58,657 nt of DNA from an uncultured Candidatus Saccharibacteria bacterium (GTDB lineage Bacteria; Patescibacteriota; Minisyncoccia; Phycocordibacterales; JACNGX01), in contig CAZULS010000002.1 of the NCBI GenBank assembly GCA_964621395.1, forward strand, positions 236,252 through 294,908, in the 5' to 3' direction. This document shows positions 41,565 to 49,462 of the stretch, piece after piece; within the stretch, counting starts at the first letter, position 1, and every line of letters starts with the position of its first letter. The position numbers and the translations under genes are program-made. Under the pieces are notes generated by a model. It was not told where the DNA came from and did no database searches. It saw only the letters and a program-made list of their open reading frames with translations.

Positions 41565-42482
41565 ATGTCGTCTTCTCCTCGTCAGAAAAAACAAAAGGTG
41601 ATTGTCATCGTCGGACAAACCGCTTCGGGAAAAAGCGCTCTTGGTGTGGAGATTGCGCGTGCAGTGGAGGGAGAGATTATCTCCGCCGACTCGCGGCAAG
41701 TGTATCGCGGATGTGATATCGGTACCGGGAAAATCACACGCCGTGATATGAAGGGTGTTCCTCATCATCTTATTGATGTGACAAGTCCGCGCAAGGCATT
41801 CACCGCCGCGCAGTTTAGAGAAAAAGGGCGCAACGTAATCACCGATATTGGAAAGCGTGGAAAGGTGCCAATCATTGCCGGTGGTACGGGATTTTATATT
41901 GATACACTTCTTTTCGATGATGAGCTTCCCGCCGTGGCACCCGACTCAACACTTCATGCGTTTTTAGAGAAAAAAACAGCTGCCGAACTTTTTGCCCGTC
42001 TTTCCGATAGCGACCCCGAACGTGCCGCCTCTATCGACAGAAACAACAAACGTCGCCTTATCCGTGCACTTGAAATAGCTGAAACACTCGGCCACGTACC
42101 CAAACGAGCGACACGTCGAACTTCTCCGTATAATATCCTTTGGATCGGTATTCGTTTGCCGGACGGACTCTTGCGTGAGCGGATTCACGATCGTAATGCC
42201 GACATGATTGGCAAAGGGCTCGTGGCCGAAGTAAAACGACTCAAGGAATCACGCATATCCGACAAGCGCATGTATGAGCTTGGTTTTGAGTATCGCTTTG
42301 CTCTTGATTACCTCAAGGGAGAAATCGATCGCGAGACTATGCTTGAGCGCATGAATACCAAAACATGGCACTATGCGAAGCGCCAGAAGACGTGGTTCCA
42401 GCGCAATGCCGATATTAGTTGGTTTGCTCCCACAGATACCGTCCATATCATGGCGACGGTGTGGTCGTTTCTCGCGGATTAA
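41565..42482 (+). CDS. miaA: tRNA dimethylallyltransferase
   Basis: IVGQTASGKSALG and SADSRQVYRGCDIGTGK. The start was set at MSSSPRQKK. The track ORF start at 41421 is inside R200-B. Confidence 0.92.
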   Translation: MSSSPRQKKQKVIVIVGQTASGKSALGVEIARAVEGEIISADSRQVYRGCDIGTGKITRRDMKGVPHHLIDVTSPRKAFTAAQFREKGRNVITDIGKRGKVPIIAGGTGFYIDTLLFDDELPAVAPDSTLHAFLEKKTAAELFARLSDSDPERAASIDRNNKRRLIRALEIAETLGHVPKRATRRTSPYNILWIGIRLPDGLLRERIHDRNADMIGKGLVAEVKRLKESRISDKRMYELGFEYRFALDYLKGEIDRETMLERMNTKTWHYAKRQKTWFQRNADISWFAPTDTVHIMATVWSFLAD

Positions 42483-42625
42483 AAGCGCCCTTAAAGGCGC
42501 TTTTAATCCGCGAGAGTTTCGAGTTGCCAGTTTCGAGTATCGAGCCAAAAGCGCCGTAAGGCGCTTTTCTCAGCCGCCGCGTTGCGGCGCCTCTCTCGTA
42601 ACTCGTAGCTCGATACTCGAAACTC
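42481..42625. repeat. terminator hairpins enclosed by word-like CGAGTATCGAG inverted arms
   Basis: The hairpin AAAAGCGCCCTTAAAGGCGCTTTT, plus arms AGTTTCGAGTATCGAGC / GCTCGATACTCGAAACT enclosing AAAGCGCCGTAAGGCGCTTT. Confidence 0.6.
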
Positions 42626-43196
42626 ATTTGCTTCTCATCCGTCGCTCCACCACACGCCAATCAATCGCGTTCACAAAGGCGTCGATATATTCCGCGCGCT
42701 TGAGTCCGTAATCTTTGAGATAAGAGTGTTCAAATACATCCATCACGAGAAGCGGTGTCGCACCAGCACAGTGTCCGGCGTCATGTTCATTCACCCACGT
42801 ATTCAAAAGTCCGCCAGTCTCAGGATCCTCAGAAAGAATGACCCAACCAATACCACGCGCGCTCCCTGCTGTACGAAAATCTTTCTCCCATATTTCCAAA
42901 CTTCCATACTCTTCGGCAAGGCGCTGCCCGATAATACTTTCCGGATCAAGTTCTTCAGCGTCTTTTGTAATATTCCCAAAGTAGAGCTCGTGGAGCTTCA
43001 TGCCATTATACTCCCATCCGAAGCGTCGACGTATTTCCGCTCCTTCCGGTGTGCTCATATCTATCTTCGCCATCTTTTCCAAAAGCACATTCGTATTCTT
43101 CACATACCCTTCATACAACGTGAAGTGATCCGAAAGCATGTCTTCGGAAAATCCCGGCGTGCCGATAATGTGTTCGAATTTTTTGGCGGTGTACAT
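42624..43196 (-). CDS. sodA: Fe/Mn superoxide dismutase
   Basis: HFTLYEGYV, NEHDAGH and DVFEHSY motifs. The start was set at MYTAKKF. Confidence 0.85.
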   Translation of the reverse strand: MYTAKKFEHIIGTPGFSEDMLSDHFTLYEGYVKNTNVLLEKMAKIDMSTPEGAEIRRRFGWEYNGMKLHELYFGNITKDAEELDPESIIGQRLAEEYGSLEIWEKDFRTAGSARGIGWVILSEDPETGGLLNTWVNEHDAGHCAGATPLLVMDVFEHSYLKDYGLKRAEYIDAFVNAIDWRVVERRMRSK

Positions 43197-43306
43197 AAGC
43201 GTGAACGATAAGTGATATGAGTATAGTGTACCACACAAAGTATATTAACGTCCCAAAAGCTATGAGCTATAAGCTAAAAGCTAATCTATGCTATAATAGT
43301 GCGCAT

Positions 43307-43780
43307 ATGTTTACCCTTGACCCCACAACCTCCCTTATTCTCCTTGGCATTGTCGCTCTTTTTGCCCTCATTGCATTCTTTTGGGCATTGCGCCTTGAGA
43401 TTCGTATCAATAAACTCCTCGGCGACACAGAGGCATGTTCGCTTGAAAAGACAATGCTTGAGCTTCATGAAAAAGCAGATCGACTTGCGACAACGCAGGG
43501 GGAAATCAAGAGCTATCTTTCCGAAGCCGAGAAGCGCATCCAAGGAAGTGTGCGCGGTATAGCGACGGTCCGATTCAATCCCTTTCAAGGGCAAGGTGCC
43601 GGCAGTAATCAATCATTTGCAACAGCACTCTTGAATGAACACGGTGATGGTGTCGTCTTCTCCAGTATTTACTCTCGCGACCGTGTGAGTATCTTTGCTA
43701 AGCCAGTTGTCCAAAAAGGTTCCGAATACGAGCTTTCTGCCGAAGAAAAGCAAGCGATCGAAGGGGCAATGAAGCAATAG
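43307..43780 (+). CDS. DUF4446-like membrane-anchored protein
   Basis: A TM helix, a coiled region, then VRFNPFQGQGAGSNQSFATALLNEHGDGVVFSSIYSRD. Confidence 0.6.
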   Translation: MFTLDPTTSLILLGIVALFALIAFFWALRLEIRINKLLGDTEACSLEKTMLELHEKADRLATTQGEIKSYLSEAEKRIQGSVRGIATVRFNPFQGQGAGSNQSFATALLNEHGDGVVFSSIYSRDRVSIFAKPVVQKGSEYELSAEEKQAIEGAMKQ

Positions 43781-43967
43781 GTTACGAACTACGAACGTAT
43801 ACGAACATACGAATACAGCTTCTGTCACCCTATCCATTTTAGTGTCATTCTGAACTCGATTCAGAATCTTCGTCAGTATTCTGGATTCCTGGTCAAGCCA
43901 GGAATGACGGGAGAGTAGCTTACACTAGGATATTTTCGTATGTTCGTATACGTTCGTACTTCGTACC
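43780..43967. repeat. word-like ACGAA inverted arms (36 nt) enclosing a GTCAT hairpin doublet
   Basis: GGTTACGAACTACGAACGTATACGAACATACGAATA pairs with ATTTTCGTATGTTCGTATACGTTCGTACTTCGTACCC. Hairpins lie at 43844-43868 and 43884-43908. Confidence 0.75.
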
Positions 43968-44014
43968 CATACCAATAGACAAAAGCCCTCTCTTGCTGTA
44001 GGGTATACAATACT

Positions 44015-45520
44015 ATGTCAGACACCGCACCACAGGAAAAGACACAGCGCGACCCCATTATTGTCATCATGGGGCATATTGACCATGGAAAATCAACACT
44101 TCTCGACTATATCCGAAAGACCAATGTGGTAGCCACGGAATCAGGTGGTATCACCCAGCACATCTCCGCATATGAAGCGATGCACACGGATGAAAGTGGC
44201 GTGGAAAAACGCATCGTCTTTTTAGACACTCCGGGCCACGCTGCATTCTCCTCTATGCGTGGTCGTGGAGCAAAAGTGGCGGATATCGCTATCTTGGTTG
44301 TCTCCGCTGAAGACGGTGTGAAAGAACAAACCATGGAGGCACACAAAGCCATCGAAGAAGCGGGTATTCCGTATATCGTCGCTATCAATAAGATTGACCG
44401 CCCCGAGGCAGATGTGGAAAAGACTAAAGGATCTCTCGCTGAGCATGGTATCTATGTGGAAGGATATGGCGGTAATATTTCATTTGTTCCCATTTCAGCA
44501 AAAGAAGGCACCGGTGTTTCCGAGCTTCTCGACATGATGCTTCTCACCGCTGAGCTTGAAGAACTCTCTGGAGACCCTTCCGCGCATGCAAAGGGCGTGA
44601 TTATTGAATCTAATATCGATCCGCGCAAAGGAATTTCAGGGACTATCGTCGTCACCGACGGCACACTCAAGAAAGGACAATTCGTGGTTGCCGGACCATC
44701 CCTCTCCCCTGTGCGTATTATTGAAAACTTCGCTGGTAAAGCAATTGAGACGGCGGCACCTTCGACTCCCGTGCGTGTTACCGGCTTTTCTGCCGTCCCA
44801 CCCACAGGAAGTACTATTGAGGTTTTCGACAAAAAGAAAGATGCTGAAGCGGTAGCAAAGCGCAATTCAGAAACGCTCGCAGGATGTATCACCAACGGCA
44901 ATACCGATGCAGAAGTGGTCATTCCTCTTGTGATTAAGGCAGACACGCTCGGCACCCTTGAAGCTGTGCAAAAAGAATTGGAGAAAGTAACTCACAATAA
45001 CGTCTGCTTGCATATTATCCACGCGGAAGTGGGTGATATTGGCGAAAACGACGTCACCATTGCATCGGGTTCGAGCGATTCCATTATTGTTGGTTTTCGT
45101 GTGAAGGCAGATCGCCAGGCACTTGCCGCGGCAGAGCCTCTCGGTATACAGGTGGAGACATTCGCTATTATCTATAACATCACCGATTATCTGAGCGAGA
45201 TTGTGAAGAAACGCGCACCAAAGAAGGAGGTGGAGGAGCGCGTGGGTGCGGTGAAGATTCTGAAAACATTCAGCCGTGTGAAGGATAAGCAGGTTATTGG
45301 CGGCCGTGTGAAAGCCGGCTACATCATGCCGAAGCATGAAGTACTCATTGAACGCCGTGAGACAGTTATCGGTCGCGGACTCGTGACCGAGCTCCAGGAG
45401 CAGCGCACAAAGGTGGGTCGTTCTAATGAAGGATCGGAGTGCGGTATGCTCGTAGAAGCAAAAACAGAAATCGCCGAGGGCGATTTGATTATTCCGATTG
45501 AGATGAAGATTGTTCAATAA
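44015..45520 (+). CDS. infB: translation initiation factor IF-2, short form without N-terminal region
   Basis: GHIDHGKSTLLD, DTPGH and NKID G-domain motifs. Confidence 0.95.
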   Translation: MSDTAPQEKTQRDPIIVIMGHIDHGKSTLLDYIRKTNVVATESGGITQHISAYEAMHTDESGVEKRIVFLDTPGHAAFSSMRGRGAKVADIAILVVSAEDGVKEQTMEAHKAIEEAGIPYIVAINKIDRPEADVEKTKGSLAEHGIYVEGYGGNISFVPISAKEGTGVSELLDMMLLTAELEELSGDPSAHAKGVIIESNIDPRKGISGTIVVTDGTLKKGQFVVAGPSLSPVRIIENFAGKAIETAAPSTPVRVTGFSAVPPTGSTIEVFDKKKDAEAVAKRNSETLAGCITNGNTDAEVVIPLVIKADTLGTLEAVQKELEKVTHNNVCLHIIHAEVGDIGENDVTIASGSSDSIIVGFRVKADRQALAAAEPLGIQVETFAIIYNITDYLSEIVKKRAPKKEVEERVGAVKILKTFSRVKDKQVIGGRVKAGYIMPKHEVLIERRETVIGRGLVTELQEQRTKVGRSNEGSECGMLVEAKTEIAEGDLIIPIEMKIVQ

Positions 45521-45849
45521 TGTATATGGATACCCAGAAAGAAAAAATTCGAAGCTATATCATCCGTCTCGCGGCGGAGTTTATTCTTGTTGAGGCAAGC
45601 AAGGCATCGCTCATTACCGTGACCAATTGTCAGCTCTCTGACAATATGCGTAATGCCACCATTCTCCTTTCCGTCCTTCCTGAAAGTGAAGAGGCGCATG
45701 CACTTGAATTTGTGAAGCGAAAACGATCACATTTTCGCGATTATGTAAAAAAACATTCACGTCTGAAATATATCCCATTTTTCGACTTCGATATTGATTA
45801 CGGTGAGCGCAATCGACAAGCGATTGAAGAAATCGCTCAAAACCGGTAA
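45520..45849 (+). CDS. rbfA: ribosome-binding factor A
   Basis: Lies directly after infB and has an RbfA-like pattern (ITVTNCQLSDNMRNATILLSVL..IPFFDFDID). Confidence 0.75.
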   Translation: MYMDTQKEKIRSYIIRLAAEFILVEASKASLITVTNCQLSDNMRNATILLSVLPESEEAHALEFVKRKRSHFRDYVKKHSRLKYIPFFDFDIDYGERNRQAIEEIAQNR

Positions 45850-45911
45850 AATGGGAAAATAAAAAATCAAAAAGTTAATTAAAAGCCGCGTTGCGGCTTT
45901 CCGTAATATAC

Positions 45912-45986
<75 letters not shown>

Positions 45987-46072
45987 GTAGAAAATCCCCG
46001 CAAGGGGATTTTCTACTGGAGGCCACGGAGAGCAAGGCAATTGCTTGCCTTGCGTCGGGAATCGAACCCGCC
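45987..46072 (+). ncRNA. partial tRNA-linked element (TLE-E6): inverted copy of the tRNA-Cys 3' half split by a hairpin
   Basis: Hairpin at 45987-46016. TGGAGGCCACGG (46017-46028) is the rc of the tRNA 3' end. A second hairpin lies at 46032-46053. CGGGAATCGAACCCGCC (46056-46072) is the rc of the T-arm. Confidence 0.5.
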
Positions 46073-46086
46073 AGAGACTTCTGTGA

Positions 46087-46746
46087 TTAGACAATGTCAT
46101 ACTCCTCCGGCGTAAATATCAACTCATCCCAATCCGTAATCGCCTGATATTGAGACATCAGCATGTCAAACACCTCTAGTAGAACAGTGTCCCATTCCAT
46201 ATATTTCCGTTTCTTACTAATCACATCTTGTACCGAAGCATTGAGATGTGAGAACCGCCTCATGGTTACCCTAGGCATATCAACTTCGTGAATATTTGGA
46301 GCAAGGACATCCATTGATCTGGCATATTTTGCATCAAAAGTTTCATTTGCTTCATATTCGTCAAGATACGGATGTAGGCTTGGGTGCAGTACCTTTAATG
46401 CGGCCTCATACTCATCAACGCTATCTTGTTCTGTTTTATGATATGCAAATATCTCACCCACGACAGTCTCTCCAATATCGTGCACCGAGAGCATAATCAT
46501 TGCTCTACCCAAATCTACTTTATCCGAGTGTTCTATATGGGGGTAAAAATAAGAAGCAAGAATTGGTAAATGACCAACGTGTTCAATTAACGGCTCACGT
46601 AATACCTCATTACTATAGTCTTGTTTGTCCACTAATCCTTTTAGAGCAATCTGTGAATACCTATCGGCGGTTACAAGTGCACGCTTGGTAAACGAATAAG
46701 TATTCTGTAGCTTTAAAAAATCTTGAACTAATTCTTTTACTGTCAT
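46087..46746 (-). CDS. HD-domain phosphohydrolase
   Basis: H..HD motif (MLSVHDIGETVVGE). Confidence 0.6.
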   Translation of the reverse strand: MTVKELVQDFLKLQNTYSFTKRALVTADRYSQIALKGLVDKQDYSNEVLREPLIEHVGHLPILASYFYPHIEHSDKVDLGRAMIMLSVHDIGETVVGEIFAYHKTEQDSVDEYEAALKVLHPSLHPYLDEYEANETFDAKYARSMDVLAPNIHEVDMPRVTMRRFSHLNASVQDVISKKRKYMEWDTVLLEVFDMLMSQYQAITDWDELIFTPEEYDIV

Positions 46747-46779
46747 ATAGTTTACAGGTTAAGTGTAAATATGCCTAAA

Positions 46780-46951
46780 GGGATTCGGTCACAAGTCACT
46801 AAGCATAATACTTCGCCAAGGCTCGTATTCTGCTAAGTGCTTCCGACATGGCTGCGGCTTTCGAATCCCACGGCGCGACACATGGTCGCGCATCGCTTAT
46901 AGATTGGAGAGGTCAATTCGTGTTCACATCGACCACAGGAGTCTCTACATG
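46780..46951 (-). ncRNA. tRNA-linked structured element TLE-E3 (after tRNA-Leu-TAA)
   Basis: In tRNA sense: the hairpin GCGCG-ACCATGTGT-CGCGC, GTGGGATTCGAA (rc of the T-arm), and a conserved terminal hairpin (46788-46847) ending TTAGTGACTTGTGAC, followed by CGAATCCC (46780-46787). Confidence 0.6.
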
Positions 46952-47036
46952 TGCCCGGGGTGGGATTCGAACCCACGCGATCGCAATGATCAGGGGATTT
47001 TAAGTCCCCCGTGTCTACCAACTCCACCACCCGGGC
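46952..47036 (-). tRNA. tRNA-Leu (anticodon TAA)
   Basis: Acceptor GCCCGGG/CCCGGGC, anticodon loop CTTAAAA, long variable arm, T-arm GTGGG-TTCGAAT-CCCAC. Confidence 0.9.
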
Positions 47037-47039
47037 AGT

Positions 47040-47255
47040 AAAGCACGATGTTTGTGCTAGTGCGGACGGAGAGACTCGTCCCACGATTACTAATTATAAT
47101 GCTTCGCTAAAGCTCGCATTCTAATAAGTATCGCTGGACGCGGCTCGCAATTGTCGCAACAAGTTGCTCCAATATAGCTGCGCCGTTCGAGTCTCTCGGA
47201 CAAGACACATGGTCTTGTCCAGATATACACGTCCGTCATGACTTCAGTCTCTCTC
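47040..47255 (-). ncRNA. tRNA-linked structured element TLE-E2 (after tRNA-Leu-TAG) with 39-nt displaced tRNA 3' copy
   Basis: The core is 47079-47255. The 39-nt direct repeat at 47040-47078 equals 47256-47294 (tRNA C56 to 21 nt past the 3' end). It contains CGGACGTG (the 5' acceptor strand), the hairpin GGACAAG-ACCATGTGT-CTTGTCC, GAGAGACTCGAAC, and a terminal hairpin at 47078-47139. Confidence 0.7.
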
Positions 47256-47276
47256 AAAGCACGATGTTTGTGCTAG

Positions 47277-47358
47277 TGCGGACGGAGAGACTCGAACTCT
47301 CATGGGTTGCCCCGCCAGCTCCTAAGGCTGGTGCGTCTACCAATTTCGCCACGTCCGC
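47277..47358 (-). tRNA. tRNA-Leu (anticodon TAG)
   Basis: Acceptor GCGGACG/CGTCCGC, anticodon loop CTTAGGA, long variable arm, T-arm GAGAG-TTCGAGT-CTCTC. Confidence 0.9.
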
Positions 47359-47414
47359 TTTTTCTTTCCTGAAAAGAGCCGCTCTATCGTATGCTGATAA
47401 AACGGCTTTCTCGT

Positions 47415-47721
47415 GTCCATCCACCAGTCTCGTCCCACAGTCACTAAGTAAAATGCTCCGGGCACTCGCATTTTACAAAGTGCTACTGGACGCCGAACAC
47501 CACTTTCACTTACAACAAAAGATGGTCACTGCTCGTTAGGAGAAATTCCTAACATTTAATTCACCAATCAAAGTAATCAGTGAAAGTGGTGTTTGGTTCG
47601 ATTCCTGACATGCCACACCTCACATGCAATTTTTCTCAAGCACTATATATTTACAATACCATCGCAGTAAGTCTCTACAAAAGTATTCCGTGTGAGGTGT
47701 GGCATTGTGTCTGGACTAAAG
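47415..47721 (-). ncRNA. tRNA-linked structured element TLE-E4 (after tRNA-Lys) with a nested inverted-repeat hairpin
   Basis: A nested hairpin with ATGCCACACCTCA/TGAGGTGTGGCAT arms lies at 47610-47705. CAGGAATCGAACC is the rc of 47595-47607. Also present are an ACACCACTTTCAC/GTGAAAGTGGTGT stem, a terminal hairpin at 47432-47491, and the tRNA 3' copy CTGGTGGATGGAC (rc of 47415-47427). Confidence 0.65.
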
Positions 47722-47794
47722 TCCATCCACCAGGAATCGAACCTGGAACCTGCCGGTTAAGAGCCGGATGCTCTACCAATTGAGCTATGGATGG
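47722..47794 (-). tRNA. tRNA-Lys (anticodon CTT)
   Basis: Acceptor CCATCCA/TGGATGG (C1-G72), anticodon loop CTCTTAA, T-arm CCAGG-TTCGATT-CCTGG. Confidence 0.85.
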
Positions 47795-47830
47795 GTTCAA
47801 ACATCATATAATAAAAAACGTGTTCTCGCA

Positions 47831-47958
47831 ACAACAAAACCGTCCGACACCACTTACACAGAGTAAGTATGCGCTGATTAAAAACTCAAAACGACCACTG
47901 TTATGTTAGTGGTCGTTTTGAATATGCGAGTGTAAGTGGTGTCGGACGATTTTGTTGT
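47831..47958. repeat. 29-bp inverted repeat arms around an inner hairpin
   Basis: ACAACAAAACCGTCCGACACCACTTACAC pairs with GTGTAAGTGGTGTCGGACGATTTTGTTGT. The inner hairpin is CAAAACGACCAC..GTGGTCGTTTTG. Confidence 0.75.
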
Positions 47959-47972
47959 TCTTCTAAGAACGT

Positions 47973-48218
47973 CTATACTCCAATTGTATTCTTGATCAAA
48001 TTAATGATACCGGCGACGGCAACCATGATGAACATGCCAACCAAACCCCAGGTGATGTGTTTCTTTCCATTTTCTCGTTCCGCGTCGTTACCGGAATAAA
48101 ATATATACCGTACGACGCCAAAAAGGAAAAGTACAAAACCGAGAGCAAATATCACGCCAATGACCGGATTGATAATATGCTCTACGATATTACCGATGAG
48201 GTTGTGGATTGCTTCCAT
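47973..48218 (-). CDS. TrbC/VirB2-like T4SS pilin-family small membrane protein (paralog 5)
   Basis: 81 aa with two TM helices flanking a charged loop (SGNDAERENGKK). Confidence 0.55.
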   Translation of the reverse strand: MEAIHNLIGNIVEHIINPVIGVIFALGFVLFLFGVVRYIFYSGNDAERENGKKHITWGLVGMFIMVAVAGIINLIKNTIGV

Positions 48219-48239
48219 GAGAAACGTACCAAATCACTA

Positions 48240-48629
48240 TTAATTTGACGGCCATCTATCGGCATCAGATGAGCCGGGAAGTCGTACCTCTGGAATCGGA
48301 GCAGTTCCTCCTCTATTGATGTCAAATGTTTCTGCAATTACACCAACAAGACCCCATACGGCAACCATAACAAAGAGTGTAATGATTCCGTAGATCATGA
48401 TAGTGCGTCCTTTTTCTTTGTCTTCATCTGCTTTTACAAGATACATTGCTAAACCGAAGAAGAAAATAACAACCGCCAAGGTAATCACAATCGGAATGAG
48501 CAAGTCAAGAATCCTCTTTACGACACCGAGGATGCTTATTGCCGAAGTTGCGGCAAGCACAACGCTCGGGAGAAGTGTCACTGCAAGCCCTACAATTGTG
48601 CCCTTAAATATAGACTGTTTCATAAACAT
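48240..48629 (-). CDS. TrbC/VirB2-like pilin-family protein (paralog 4)
   Basis: 129 aa with a signal-like N-terminus and two TM helices around KADEDKEKGR. Confidence 0.55.
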   Translation of the reverse strand: MFMKQSIFKGTIVGLAVTLLPSVVLAATSAISILGVVKRILDLLIPIVITLAVVIFFFGLAMYLVKADEDKEKGRTIMIYGIITLFVMVAVWGLVGVIAETFDINRGGTAPIPEVRLPGSSDADRWPSN

Positions 48630-48734
48630 ACGTGAATAAAAAATAAATAAATATTGATCCCAAAAGGATTATTCTCTAATAATACCGCAACGCGTCTCTA
48701 CTGACAATATGCGTGTGGACAGCATGGTGGCCCG

Positions 48735-49106
48735 TTATATATCAGAATAAATGCTTTCAATGATACCGCTATCGACGGTTGCATTTCCTTCCGTGCCAAA
48801 AATCGTTTGATGAGCCACTGCCATAAGCCCCCAGATAGCAACAATGACGAAAAGGGAAATAATGCCGTACGCCATAATTTTCCCTCCCTCAGCATATTTC
48901 TTAGTATCTCCTGCCGAAAACAATGTTTGTACCAGTCCGATAAGAAATGCTGCCAGAGCTGCGGTGATGAGTATCGGAACTACAATATCGGTCACACGTA
49001 TAATATTGTTCATGAGATCGCCAAACGTTCGAGGAGCAGCAAAGGCGATTATCGGCACACCGAATACGGAAGCGAATATAAGAGATGTGTGATACAGAAA
49101 TTTCAT
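48735..49106 (-). CDS. TrbC/VirB2-like pilin-family protein (paralog 3)
   Basis: 123 aa with the same architecture (SAGDTKKYAEGGK loop). Confidence 0.55.
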   Translation of the reverse strand: MKFLYHTSLIFASVFGVPIIAFAAPRTFGDLMNNIIRVTDIVVPILITAALAAFLIGLVQTLFSAGDTKKYAEGGKIMAYGIISLFVIVAIWGLMAVAHQTIFGTEGNATVDSGIIESIYSDI

Positions 49107-49126
49107 ATGCTAATCTAATGCTAGAA

Positions 49127-49441
49127 CTAAATACCTGCTCCTACCTGCTCAACTGTTGCCCGAAGAAGCTCAGCGATTGCAAGCGCGCCGAGGAGAATGG
49201 CTCCGCCGATGATTGTCCAGGTAAATGCCGTCCGTGCATCTTTAATTTTATCAGGATTCCCCTGGGCACTAATAAAGAGAAAGCCGGTATAAATAATTGC
49301 CAAAACAAGCACGGGAAATCCCACGGCAATGACAACGCGCAGAATCGCAACAATAAGCTCGGGGAGTGTGTCGATGCCACCAAGCGGGTTTGTTAATTTT
49401 TCTGTCACCGCATGTGCAACGGGTATAATGTGATGAAGCAT
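49127..49441 (-). CDS. TrbC/VirB2-like pilin-family protein (paralog 2)
   Basis: 104 aa with the same architecture (SAQGNPDKIKDAR loop). Confidence 0.6.
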   Translation of the reverse strand: MLHHIIPVAHAVTEKLTNPLGGIDTLPELIVAILRVVIAVGFPVLVLAIIYTGFLFISAQGNPDKIKDARTAFTWTIIGGAILLGALAIAELLRATVEQVGAGI

Positions 49442-49462
49442 ATAAAATATATGAAAAAATAA

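Noticed and set aside
46780-47721. The duplicated tRNA 3' ends could mark att sites of integrated prophages or genomic islands.
   Set aside because: The segments between the repeats are only 154-289 nt and carry no integrase or any other ORF. Decayed att-type insertions remain a possible origin, but they do not explain the tRNA-matched internal segments or the covarying hairpin.
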